Positions 56,055 through 64,000 of a stretch of DNA of 64,000 nt are shown here, piece after piece. The notes beneath the pieces were generated by a model. It was not told the origin of the DNA and made no database searches. It saw nothing but the letters and a program-made list of their open reading frames with translations. Each line of letters opens with the position of its first letter. Positions within the stretch are counted from its first letter, which is position 1. A program made the translations under genes and the position numbers. Source of the DNA: a virus; the IMG/VR virus record IMGVR_UViG_3300044819_000016, positions 19,042 through 83,041 of that record, one strand, 5' to 3'.

Positions 56055-56294
56055 GTGGGCGCTGACAGCCGGTGGATCGTGGTCTACGTCCACCAGAATC
56101 CACACTTTCCCCTCGCGCGTCTTCATCGCCGGTTCACGAACCGTGACGGGTTCGAGAGCCGGTATGTCGACGTCACGCTCCACATGGCCCAGATGCTGAA
56201 GGTCGGGATGCCCGTCGAGATCACCCGCGACGGCAAACTCGCACCGTGCCTCCTCGAACCGCTGGTGAAGCTGAAAGACGGAGTACCGCTGTGA
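56055..56294 (+). CDS. Hypothetical protein
   Basis: 79 aa coupled ORF. Confidence 0.45.
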   Translation: MGADSRWIVVYVHQNPHFPLARLHRRFTNRDGFESRYVDVTLHMAQMLKVGMPVEITRDGKLAPCLLEPLVKLKDGVPL

Positions 56295-56539
56295 CACAAG
56301 TCCGCCAGTCCACGTTGCTTGCGCTCATCCTGGCGACCGGAGCCGTTGCCGGCGCCGCGCATGACGTGGACTGGCGGCGCGTTCTCCTGGGCCTGACGGA
56401 GGCCAGCGCCATCGTGACCAGCTGGTGCGCGGTCATGGCCGTTGGGACCGATGAGGACTTCTGGTATCGTAGGTTCTTCGCGTCAGGCGCCCTGATGTTC
56501 AGCCTGATGATCTTGGTCGCGATCTTCCCCGTCCAGTGA
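56291..56539 (+). CDS. Small membrane protein
   Basis: GTGA overlap; three hydrophobic segments. Confidence 0.5.
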   Translation: MTQVRQSTLLALILATGAVAGAAHDVDWRRVLLGLTEASAIVTSWCAVMAVGTDEDFWYRRFFASGALMFSLMILVAIFPVQ

Positions 56540-56557
56540 CGGGCCAACTTCCAGGGT

Positions 56558-57208
56558 ATGAGCGTCAGATTCATTGCCTACCTCGCCCTGCTCGCCGCCA
56601 CGATCGCCCTCATCGGCTGCGAACCCCAGGCTCCGCCGCCGCGCCCCGCTGTCGTCTGGCTCGACTACCAGCCTGGAGGCGCTCCGACGCCGCCTCATGA
56701 TGACGGGTGCAGTGGACGAATCCAGCCGGAGCTTCGCATGTACAACGAGGACGAAGTCCAGTTCGAGGCCGACCTCCGGCGCCGCTTCGATGGTCTCGCC
56801 ATCACGTTCACGACGGCGCACCCGCCGGGCGGCTCAGAGTACCTGTCGGTCGTCCTGACCGGCGGCACGGCGGATGATTGCCGCCCCGGGGCCACCGGAG
56901 TCGGCGAGGCTCCGATCCTCTGCCCGCTCGACCGGGTGGCAGGAACGGGCTACGTGTTCACTGGAGGCGGCATTGACGGGGACACCGCGTCTGGGTGGGC
57001 GGATGTAACGGCGCACGAGGTCGGTCACATGCTCGGGCTCGTCCACGTGGGGGACGACGACATCATGAATCCGCAGGCCAACACACAGGGCTTCGGGATC
57101 GCGCCGCTCCTGGGTGACAAGCCATCGTGTGACGGCTCGAAGATTCAGGATGCGCCGTCGATTCTGCTGGCTCGGCTCGGGCCCGTCGGGACCTCGGTGA
57201 CGCCATGA
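56558..57208 (+). CDS. Lipoprotein zinc metalloprotease (metzincin/matrixin-like)
   Basis: Lipobox ALIGC; HEVGHMLGLVH and DIM Met-turn; ATG lies 7 nt after GGGCCAACTT. Confidence 0.8.
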   Translation: MSVRFIAYLALLAATIALIGCEPQAPPPRPAVVWLDYQPGGAPTPPHDDGCSGRIQPELRMYNEDEVQFEADLRRRFDGLAITFTTAHPPGGSEYLSVVLTGGTADDCRPGATGVGEAPILCPLDRVAGTGYVFTGGGIDGDTASGWADVTAHEVGHMLGLVHVGDDDIMNPQANTQGFGIAPLLGDKPSCDGSKIQDAPSILLARLGPVGTSVTP

Positions 57209-57456
57209 AAGAGAAGACCTACAAGGACGTGATCGCCGAGGGGCGCCTGGCGAGTTGTACCGAGGAATGCAGGAAGCCGGTTCAGTGTGTTGTGTGCCGA
57301 CGGTACAAGGCGATACTCGGTCGCGACATCCCCGCCGCCGCATCGAACGGGTACTGCCATTATCTCCAGTGCCCCGGCTACATGCAGGATCCGCCCGCGC
57401 GCCAGCATCTCTGGCCGAATGAGTGGATCCCTGCCGATGGACCACAATCGAAGTGA
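57205..57456 (+). CDS. Cys-rich protein, paralog of 62867-63103
   Basis: VQCVVC...NGYC...C.GY...WP.E shared between the two. Confidence 0.65.
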   Translation: MKEKTYKDVIAEGRLASCTEECRKPVQCVVCRRYKAILGRDIPAAASNGYCHYLQCPGYMQDPPARQHLWPNEWIPADGPQSK

Positions 57457-57485
57457 TCCGCCCTGGCCTAGCAAAGGAGAACCCG

Positions 57486-57794
57486 ATGCCAATCATCACG
57501 ACCCGTCCAGGCGAGGACCTAGTCGCCGCGTACCGCCGCCGCTCCCTCGCCGTCCAGGGCCAGCTCCTGGCAGGTAAGACGCTCTCCGAGATCGTCCAGG
57601 AGATGCGGGTCTCCCGCGCCGTAGTCCAGCGCGAGATCCAAAGGATCCAGCAAGTCGGCGCGCTCGACGAACAACCTGACGAGGTCGAAGCCGCCGAGGC
57701 CCGCGTCGAGTGCGAGGTCAAGGCCGGCACAAGGTGCGGATGCGGACTCCTCAAGCCTCACGACTTCCTTCAGCGCCTGTCCGTCTGCACCTGA
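57486..57794 (+). CDS. HTH-like protein
   Basis: AAGGAG RBS; GKTLSEIVQEMRVSRAVV. Confidence 0.55.
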   Translation: MPIITTRPGEDLVAAYRRRSLAVQGQLLAGKTLSEIVQEMRVSRAVVQREIQRIQQVGALDEQPDEVEAAEARVECEVKAGTRCGCGLLKPHDFLQRLSVCT

Positions 57795-57801
57795 GCCACC
57801 C

Positions 57802-58095
57802 GTGAAGCAGTACCTGCTCGGCGGCATCCTGGGCCTCGTCATCGCGTCCGCCGCCGCCTGGCTGACCCGAGACACGTGGTGGCCGCCGATCAAGGAGCCG
57901 CCGCCTGTCCTCGCCCCCATCGTCCACGATGTCGTCTGGGTCGAGCCCATCGCCCCCGAGCCGATGGACGCCGTCACCGAGGAAGCGCCGGCTGACCCTG
58001 TGCCCGAGCCGGTAGAACTGAAGCGCCCCCAGCGCGTCAGGACTCGCGCCAAACCAGCGGTGCCTCTGATCAACGGCGCCCCGATCATCGACTGA
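57802..58095 (+). CDS. Single-TM protein
   Basis: N-terminal hydrophobic helix. Confidence 0.5.
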   Translation: MKQYLLGGILGLVIASAAAWLTRDTWWPPIKEPPPVLAPIVHDVVWVEPIAPEPMDAVTEEAPADPVPEPVELKRPQRVRTRAKPAVPLINGAPIID

Positions 58096-58103
58096 GAGGA
58101 ACA

Positions 58104-58316
58104 ATGACCGTTCGCAACCTCGATCGTTTCGTCAAGGCGTTCGGTGGGCTCGACGCCGCAGTGGAGGTAGCGATCAAGGGCGGCGCGCTCGGCCCATTCG
58201 CCCGTGGTCCTGACCCAAGGCGCAAGGAGCGGCTCCTCCTCGAATGGGTGAGCGACGCGCAGGCGCTGGAGATGTGGATGAACCACCTGAAAGCTGGACC
58301 ATTCCCGACGACTTGA
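58104..58316 (+). CDS. Hypothetical protein
   Basis: GAGGA RBS. Confidence 0.55.
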   Translation: MTVRNLDRFVKAFGGLDAAVEVAIKGGALGPFARGPDPRRKERLLLEWVSDAQALEMWMNHLKAGPFPTT

Positions 58317-58325
58317 AGAATCTTG

Positions 58326-58353
58326 TTGCTAACTTTTTCAGTTACGGTAGTGT
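58326..58353 (+). promoter_or_regulatory. Sigma70-type promoter, AGTTACGGTA family
   Basis: TTGCTA-16-TAGTGT; TTTTTCAGTTACGGTAGTGT is identical to the 24927 promoter. Confidence 0.75.
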
Positions 58354-58375
58354 CGCGGTTGAGGAGATAGCCACC

Positions 58376-58666
58376 ATGAACACGAACATTCGAGATCCCC
58401 AGGAAGAGCGCCCCGACGTCGAAGAGGAGAGCGTCCCGTTCAGGCCCTACCCGTACGCGAGGCACACGCGCATCTGGACCCCCGTCCCGACGCCCGCGGC
58501 CACATCGCCGTCCTGGTGCCCGGCCCACATGAGCCGCCCGGTCTCCGGGTGCAATTGGTGCGTCGCGGAGTACCTGGCGGATGGTGAAGAGCGGACGGTC
58601 ACCGGCGCGCCCGAGGTCGAGGTGACGGACGATATGGTCCTGGAAGCCGTCGAGGTCCGGTCATGA
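58376..58666 (+). CDS. Hypothetical protein
   Basis: GAGGAG RBS after the promoter. Confidence 0.6.
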   Translation: MNTNIRDPQEERPDVEEESVPFRPYPYARHTRIWTPVPTPAATSPSWCPAHMSRPVSGCNWCVAEYLADGEERTVTGAPEVEVTDDMVLEAVEVRS

Positions 58667-59279
58667 CCGACTTTCCAGCGACCTTCGACCGATCCGTCTA
58701 CGAACGCCTCTGCGCCTCTGGCATGCCCAGCGGCCTGGGAACCACAGAATCCGCCTGCGTAATGGCGGCGCTGAACCTCGCGTGCGGAGGCGACCTCACA
58801 GACTCGGCGGTGTCGCCGTGCGTGCTGCCAGCGGCGGCGGCCTTCGCGATTGGCCTCAACGTTGCGCGCTGGTCCTCGCCCACGGCCCGCGCCGACGGAC
58901 TACACGACCTTGGCCTCGCGCTGCTTGGCACGGCGGACCTCGACCGAGCCACGTTCGTGCGCCGGCTGGCCGAAGGGACGATTCGGCGCGTGCTCCCGAT
59001 TGCGCTGCGGGCGGCTGGGATGACAAAAGAGGCAGATCGGTGCGAACGCGAAGGCACGCGCGACGCCGCATCCGCCGCCGCCGCCTACGCCGCATCCGCC
59101 GCCGCCGCCGCCGCCGCATCCGCCGCCGCCGCCGCATCCGCCGCCGACGCCGACTACGCCGCCGCCGCCAGGGCCGCCGCCGCCGCCTACGCCTACGCCC
59201 GCGACTACGCCCGCGACCACGTTCTCCGCGTATCCGCTACCCTGGCGACCGAAATTCTCACCGAGCTGCGAGGTGCACT

Positions 59280-59283
<4 letters not shown>
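58663..59283 (+). CDS. Ala-repeat protein, tandem copy 1
   Basis: CVMAALNLACG...SPCV; poly-Ala/Tyr/Asp tract. Confidence 0.7.
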
Positions 59284-59953
<670 letters not shown>

Positions 59954-59957
<4 letters not shown>

Positions 59958-60256
59958 AATGCCGGTACTGCGGGAAGCCGCTCCTGCCGGCTGACGCCCT
60001 CCCTGGGCTTCTCCATTTCGCCTGTGCGGCCCGTCTGTCGCTGGCCATGGGTACCGGCCCCAAGAAGACCGATCCGGCGCGCCTACGCGAAGCCAGCGCC
60101 ATCCTGAGCGAGGTCCTGGCCGAGTCCTCGGTTCCCATGCCGCTCCGCAAACTCGCGGCGGCGTGGCTGGAGGAGCGCCGGGGCAGCCTGGAGGCCGACG
60201 TGGCAAAGGCCGCGCTGCGAAACGTCAAGACCACGGGAAAGGGCGGTGACGCATGA
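59954..60256 (+). CDS. Hypothetical protein (CRYC...HFAC)
   Basis: GTGA overlap. Confidence 0.5.
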
Positions 60257-60370
60257 GCCGGCTCGACGCATGGCTCCTGGCCGCCGGCATCTGCACCGCG
60301 GCCCTGTCGCTCTGGGCGTGGGTCTGGTGGTGACAGACTACCGGCCCAATTTTCAAACAAAGGAGACACC

Positions 60371-60664
60371 ATGAAACGACACCCGCAACGTCAGGGCGAC
60401 AGCGCCGAAGCCAAGATCCTCCGCAAGAACATCTCCAACCGGAAGCACGAGCGCCAGAAGCCTGTCGTCATCCAGGCTCCTCCGCCGTTCACGGTGACGA
60501 GCCTGGCTCGGATGATCGAGAACGACTCCAACATCCAGAACGCCAAGGGCGGCGTCCGTTCCCTCGGATTCCGTTGGAAGGACGTGAAGCAGGCGCTGAA
60601 GGCCCGGCGCTACGCTGCTCGGCAGTATGCGAAGTGGTTCGGGAACCCCGTGGTGACGCCGTGA
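60371..60664 (+). CDS. Basic hypothetical protein
   Basis: AAGGAG RBS. Confidence 0.6.
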   Translation: MKRHPQRQGDSAEAKILRKNISNRKHERQKPVVIQAPPPFTVTSLARMIENDSNIQNAKGGVRSLGFRWKDVKQALKARRYAARQYAKWFGNPVVTP

Positions 60665-60843
60665 CCAAGCCCAAGCCCAAGCCCAAGGGGACGAAACTCA
60701 GCGATGCGACGTTGAAGTCCATCGGTCAGCGCGTGGTCGACTACTGGATCGACACCGGAGAGTGCATGCTGTGCGACGCGAACGCAGGATATGGCGTGCC
60801 GAGGTCGCACGCCGATCACTGCCAGCTGCGAGGTCTGAAGTGA
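60661..60843 (+). CDS. Small hypothetical protein
   Basis: GTGA overlap; CMLC...H..HC. Confidence 0.5.
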   Translation: MTKPKPKPKGTKLSDATLKSIGQRVVDYWIDTGECMLCDANAGYGVPRSHADHCQLRGLK

Positions 60844-61070
60844 ACATCCGCGAGCCCATCAAGGTCATCGACCTCAGCGCCTACCGCCGCAAGTCCGCCG
60901 AGCGATGGCGAGACGAGGAGGAGCGCGAGACGATGCAGGAAGCTTGGGACCGGGTCCAGGCGCGACTGGACGAGGAGCGCGAGAAGTACCACGCGCGCGG
61001 CTGGACCCTGGCGATCGTCCTGTTGTGCGTCGGCGCCGGTGTTGCGATCTGTCTCGGCTGGCTTCCGTAG
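60840..61070 (+). CDS. Small protein with C-terminal TM helix
   Basis: GTGA overlap. Confidence 0.5.
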   Translation: MNIREPIKVIDLSAYRRKSAERWRDEEERETMQEAWDRVQARLDEEREKYHARGWTLAIVLLCVGAGVAICLGWLP

Positions 61071-61101
61071 CGGGCCAATTCTGAAGGAACAGGAGGTCAC
61101 G

Positions 61102-61803
61102 ATGGAACCACTTCGAAGCTCGAAAGACATTCCGCCCCAAACGGGGATGCTGGTGCAGTTCGTTCGCAATTCGATCACCGGGGAGCCGCGCGAGGGGGCC
61201 GCTCGTCGCCGCCTGAAATCCCGAGGCGATGTGAGTCCTGGCATGTGGGCTGCTGGCTCCTACGACATCCTGGAGATGAGCCCGGCGCCACCGTCCTTCG
61301 CGATAGACCATGGTGTAGCGTCCAGCGAACAAGTCGTCATGACCCTCGCGAACGGCGCAAAGAGGTCGATGATCTACGGCGTGGACCAGTTGATGGCCCT
61401 GGTTCGCGACGGTTTCATCACGAAAGAAGACGCCGCGGCCACGATGCGGTACATGGCCGAAAACGAGAAGAATCGCGCCGATGCCATCAAGGGGCGCAGC
61501 CAGGCGACGCTCTACCCGGTCGTTGTTCCCCTCGGTCTGAAAAGGGTGATCACGCGCGCGTCGGCTCCCTGGAAGTGCGTAAGACTGGACTGCAAGACGC
61601 CAACCGCCGGGCCGTGGGCCAACTGGTCAGGTATCTGTGTCGCTTGCTCAGACGTCGAGATCGCAAAGGAAACTGCGGAGCTTGATGCGAAGCGAACAGT
61701 AGTCAATGCGCGCCGCGAGGTCGCCGCTGCCCCTCCGTCGGCTCCAGCGATGATGGGCGGCGCCGTGTCTCGTCGTGGTGGACGCTGGGGGACGTGGAGA
61801 TGA
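61102..61803 (+). CDS. Hypothetical protein
   Basis: AGGAGG RBS. Confidence 0.6.
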   Translation: MEPLRSSKDIPPQTGMLVQFVRNSITGEPREGAARRRLKSRGDVSPGMWAAGSYDILEMSPAPPSFAIDHGVASSEQVVMTLANGAKRSMIYGVDQLMALVRDGFITKEDAAATMRYMAENEKNRADAIKGRSQATLYPVVVPLGLKRVITRASAPWKCVRLDCKTPTAGPWANWSGICVACSDVEIAKETAELDAKRTVVNARREVAAAPPSAPAMMGGAVSRRGGRWGTWR

Positions 61804-62870
61804 GCAACTACGCTGAAGTGACTGACGAATCGACTCGATTGCGCCATGGGGTAAACAAGGCGGCGGCCGAGATGGCGGATGCGCTCGACAGTGCGCTGGC
61901 GCGCGCCGAAAAGGCCGAGCGCGCGCAGGAGCGGCTCGTGGTCGCGCTGGAGATGTCCGACGGGGACCTGGTTAAGGCCCGCGAGCGCGCCGAGAAGGCC
62001 GAGGCGGCGCAGGACAAGGCGATCCTCGAACGTGACCGAGATGTTGCGCAGGCCGAGAGCGACAGGGACGAGGCGCTGGTGTCGCCCAACGGCCAGCTCC
62101 GCGACCTGGAATATGAGTGCGCGAAGGCATCCAAGGAACGCGACGGATGGAAGGCCCGCGCCGAGAAGGCCGAGCGGGAGCGCGACGCCCACAAGGGCGA
62201 CCTTGACGCCGAGGAATCCGGCAACGCGGCTTTGCGACGTGACTTCGGCGCGCGCCCCGACGAGACGATGTGCGAGTTCGTGGCGCGGCTGAAGCTAGAT
62301 TGCGACCAGGCCAAGGCACGCACCAGGGAGCTGGAGTACATGGCCGAGCGATGCCAGGCATGCATCTGGGAGCCGGTGGCATTGCGAGTGCACATTGGGA
62401 AAGAGGAGTGGACACTGGACGAGTTAGTGGACGCGTTCCTGTCGTACCGCAGCCGCGCAGAGGAGGCCGAGAAGGAGCGGGACCGCCTGCGCAAACTCTT
62501 CGACGACGCTGGCGAGGGCGGGTACAACGTACTGGCGCTGATCGACCACTACCAGGATTCGGCGCTGAAGACGAACAACAGCCGCGCCGAGATGGCGGCG
62601 CACCTGCGTGACTGCGAGGCGGAGCGCGACAGGCTCATGGCCGGCGCGTGCGCAATCTGCGCAACCTGCGAAGGCCCGCTGACGTGCGCGAAGTGCGTGC
62701 CGGTGACCGAGGACCGGACGCCGACCCTTGCCAGCCGGCTGGAGAAACTGGAGGCGCGGGTCGTCCCGGTGTTCTGCTCGATGTGCGGCGCTGCCTACGC
62801 GCCCGGGATGCCGCCGGCATGCGGCCATCGCTCGGGTGACTCGGCCGACAAATTCGAGGTGAAGCCTTGA
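61800..62870 (+). CDS. Coiled-coil mosaic protein with RAEKAE repeats and CxxC motifs
   Basis: RAE(K/E)AE occurs four times. Confidence 0.6.
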   Translation: MSNYAEVTDESTRLRHGVNKAAAEMADALDSALARAEKAERAQERLVVALEMSDGDLVKARERAEKAEAAQDKAILERDRDVAQAESDRDEALVSPNGQLRDLEYECAKASKERDGWKARAEKAERERDAHKGDLDAEESGNAALRRDFGARPDETMCEFVARLKLDCDQAKARTRELEYMAERCQACIWEPVALRVHIGKEEWTLDELVDAFLSYRSRAEEAEKERDRLRKLFDDAGEGGYNVLALIDHYQDSALKTNNSRAEMAAHLRDCEAERDRLMAGACAICATCEGPLTCAKCVPVTEDRTPTLASRLEKLEARVVPVFCSMCGAAYAPGMPPACGHRSGDSADKFEVKP

Positions 62871-63103
62871 TGTTGTACTGCAACGGAATTCCAGCGCCAA
62901 ACTGCAACGAAGGGTGCTTTGCGAGAGTCCAGTGCGTGGTTTGCCAACGCACCAAGGCACCCCGTGGGCGTTCGGTGCCGATGGAGGCGGCCAACGGTTA
63001 CTGCGACTTCGAGTGCCGCGGGTACGAGGTCGCGCCAACGCCGCCACATAACTGGCCAAGCGAGATGTCTCGCGAGCCGCCCAGTCCAGAGGTGGAGGAA
63101 TGA
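62867..63103 (+). CDS. Cys-rich protein, paralog of 57205-57456
   Basis: Shared Cys motif. Confidence 0.6.
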   Translation: MMLYCNGIPAPNCNEGCFARVQCVVCQRTKAPRGRSVPMEAANGYCDFECRGYEVAPTPPHNWPSEMSREPPSPEVEE

Positions 63104-63204
63104 AGCTCCGCGACCTCCCCGCCCGCGCCGCAGTGACTGCCGTGCTGTGGGCCGTGGGCGCGCTGTTCCTCCTGGTGGAGTGCCTCGCGGGGTGCGGGCG
63201 GTGA
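63100..63204 (+). CDS. 34-aa signal-peptide/lipobox micro-ORF
   Basis: GGAGG RBS; MKLRDLPARAAVTAVLWAVGALFLLVECLAGCGR. Confidence 0.45.
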   Translation: MKLRDLPARAAVTAVLWAVGALFLLVECLAGCGR

Positions 63205-64000
63205 AGACCGTGGCGGCGCTGTTCGTGGCGAAGGGCGGATGCTATTTCGGACTGGACGGCGTCGACCCGTGGGACGAGGAACGTGATGCGCGGCTGTACA
63301 CCGGGCCCCATCCGGTCGTCGCGCACCCGCCGTGCCAGCGATGGTCAAAGCTAGCTGGGTTTTGCGAGTCCATGGGATACGGGAAAAAGGGCGATGATGG
63401 AGGATGCTTCTCGGTTGCGCTGGAGATGGTTCGGCAATTGGGCGGCGTGCTGGAGCACCCAGCGTCGTCGAGTGCCTGGGGTGCATTCGGACTCATTCGC
63501 CCGCCACGCAGCGGAGGCTGGGTAATGGCCGGCGATGGAGTCGGCTGGACCTGCTGCGTGGATCAAGGATGGTACGGCCACAAGGTCCCAAAGCCCACTT
63601 GGTTATATGCAGCCGGCGTGAAACTCCCCTCGCTGCGATGGGGAAAGCATCCGCAGCCGCCACGCAAACCAGGGCACGATACACGCCGTGGGCACCTTGG
63701 CTTGATGTGGAGCACGAACAGGATCAAGACCCCGCCCGAATTCCGCGACTTGCTGCTGTCGATTGCGAGGAGCGCGGTACCGCTGCTCCTCCTCGTCCTC
63801 GCATCGTGCGCGACGCTGCCGCAACCAGTCCCGATGGCTCAGCCCATCGCCGCCGACGTCGCATGGGAATGCGTGGGTGGCGTTGGCCCCACGCCGGTCG
63901 TCCAGGTGCTACCGCAAAGCCAGCTCACGTGTTCCAATACCGACGTCGTGGCGCACGGTTTCGGATGTGGTCGCCCCGGTTACCCGATGACGCCGTCACT
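63201..64000 (+). CDS. Compact DNA cytosine-5 methyltransferase-like protein, open to the window end (absent from the ORF track)
   Basis: Hand translation: VAALFV...DAR...AHPPCQRW...VLEHP...DQGWYGH...KPTWLY...TPPEFRDLL. Confidence 0.7.
   Translation, partial: MKTVAALFVAKGGCYFGLDGVDPWDEERDARLYTGPHPVVAHPPCQRWSKLAGFCESMGYGKKGDDGGCFSVALEMVRQLGGVLEHPASSSAWGAFGLIRPPRSGGWVMAGDGVGWTCCVDQGWYGHKVPKPTWLYAAGVKLPSLRWGKHPQPPRKPGHDTRRGHLGLMWSTNRIKTPPEFRDLLLSIARSAVPLLLLVLASCATLPQPVPMAQPIAADVAWECVGGVGPTPVVQVLPQSQLTCSNTDVVAHGFGCGRPGYPMTPS

Overview
This is a GC-rich 64-kb segment of a large tailed bacteriophage genome (or prophage); the host cannot be determined from the sequence. Nearly all real genes are on the + strand, often with ATGA/GTGA overlaps. 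In order: (1-21 kb) virion module with Gly-rich/collagen fibres, a podovirus-type tail protein, large Ala/Pro-rich putative internal/ejection proteins (one with an S74 chaperone domain) and four tandem paralogous small beta-proteins; (21-23.6 kb) lysis-like cassette; (23.6-43 kb) two sigma-like factors, RuvC, SF2 helicase, an oxygenase/DUF5131/cupin triad, HNH, initiator/DnaC/DnaB, and a T4-like recombination set (UvsY-like, gp32-like SSB, RecA, SbcD, SbcC); (43.06-43.6 kb) a non-coding repeat locus; (43.6-64 kb) small early/accessory genes ending in a cytosine-methyltransferase-like ORF. The most notable signals are a recurring GGGCYAACTT element exactly 7 nt before start codons, a second promoter family with an AGTTACGGTA core, a 40-bp-phased array of dyad sites next to (GCACGGA)14, twin hairpins with flipped loops, and a degenerate terminase-ATPase paralog. 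All functional calls come from motifs recognised by eye, not from database searches. No capsid, portal, intact TerL, DNA polymerase, integrase, reverse transcriptase, tRNA or CRISPR array was seen.
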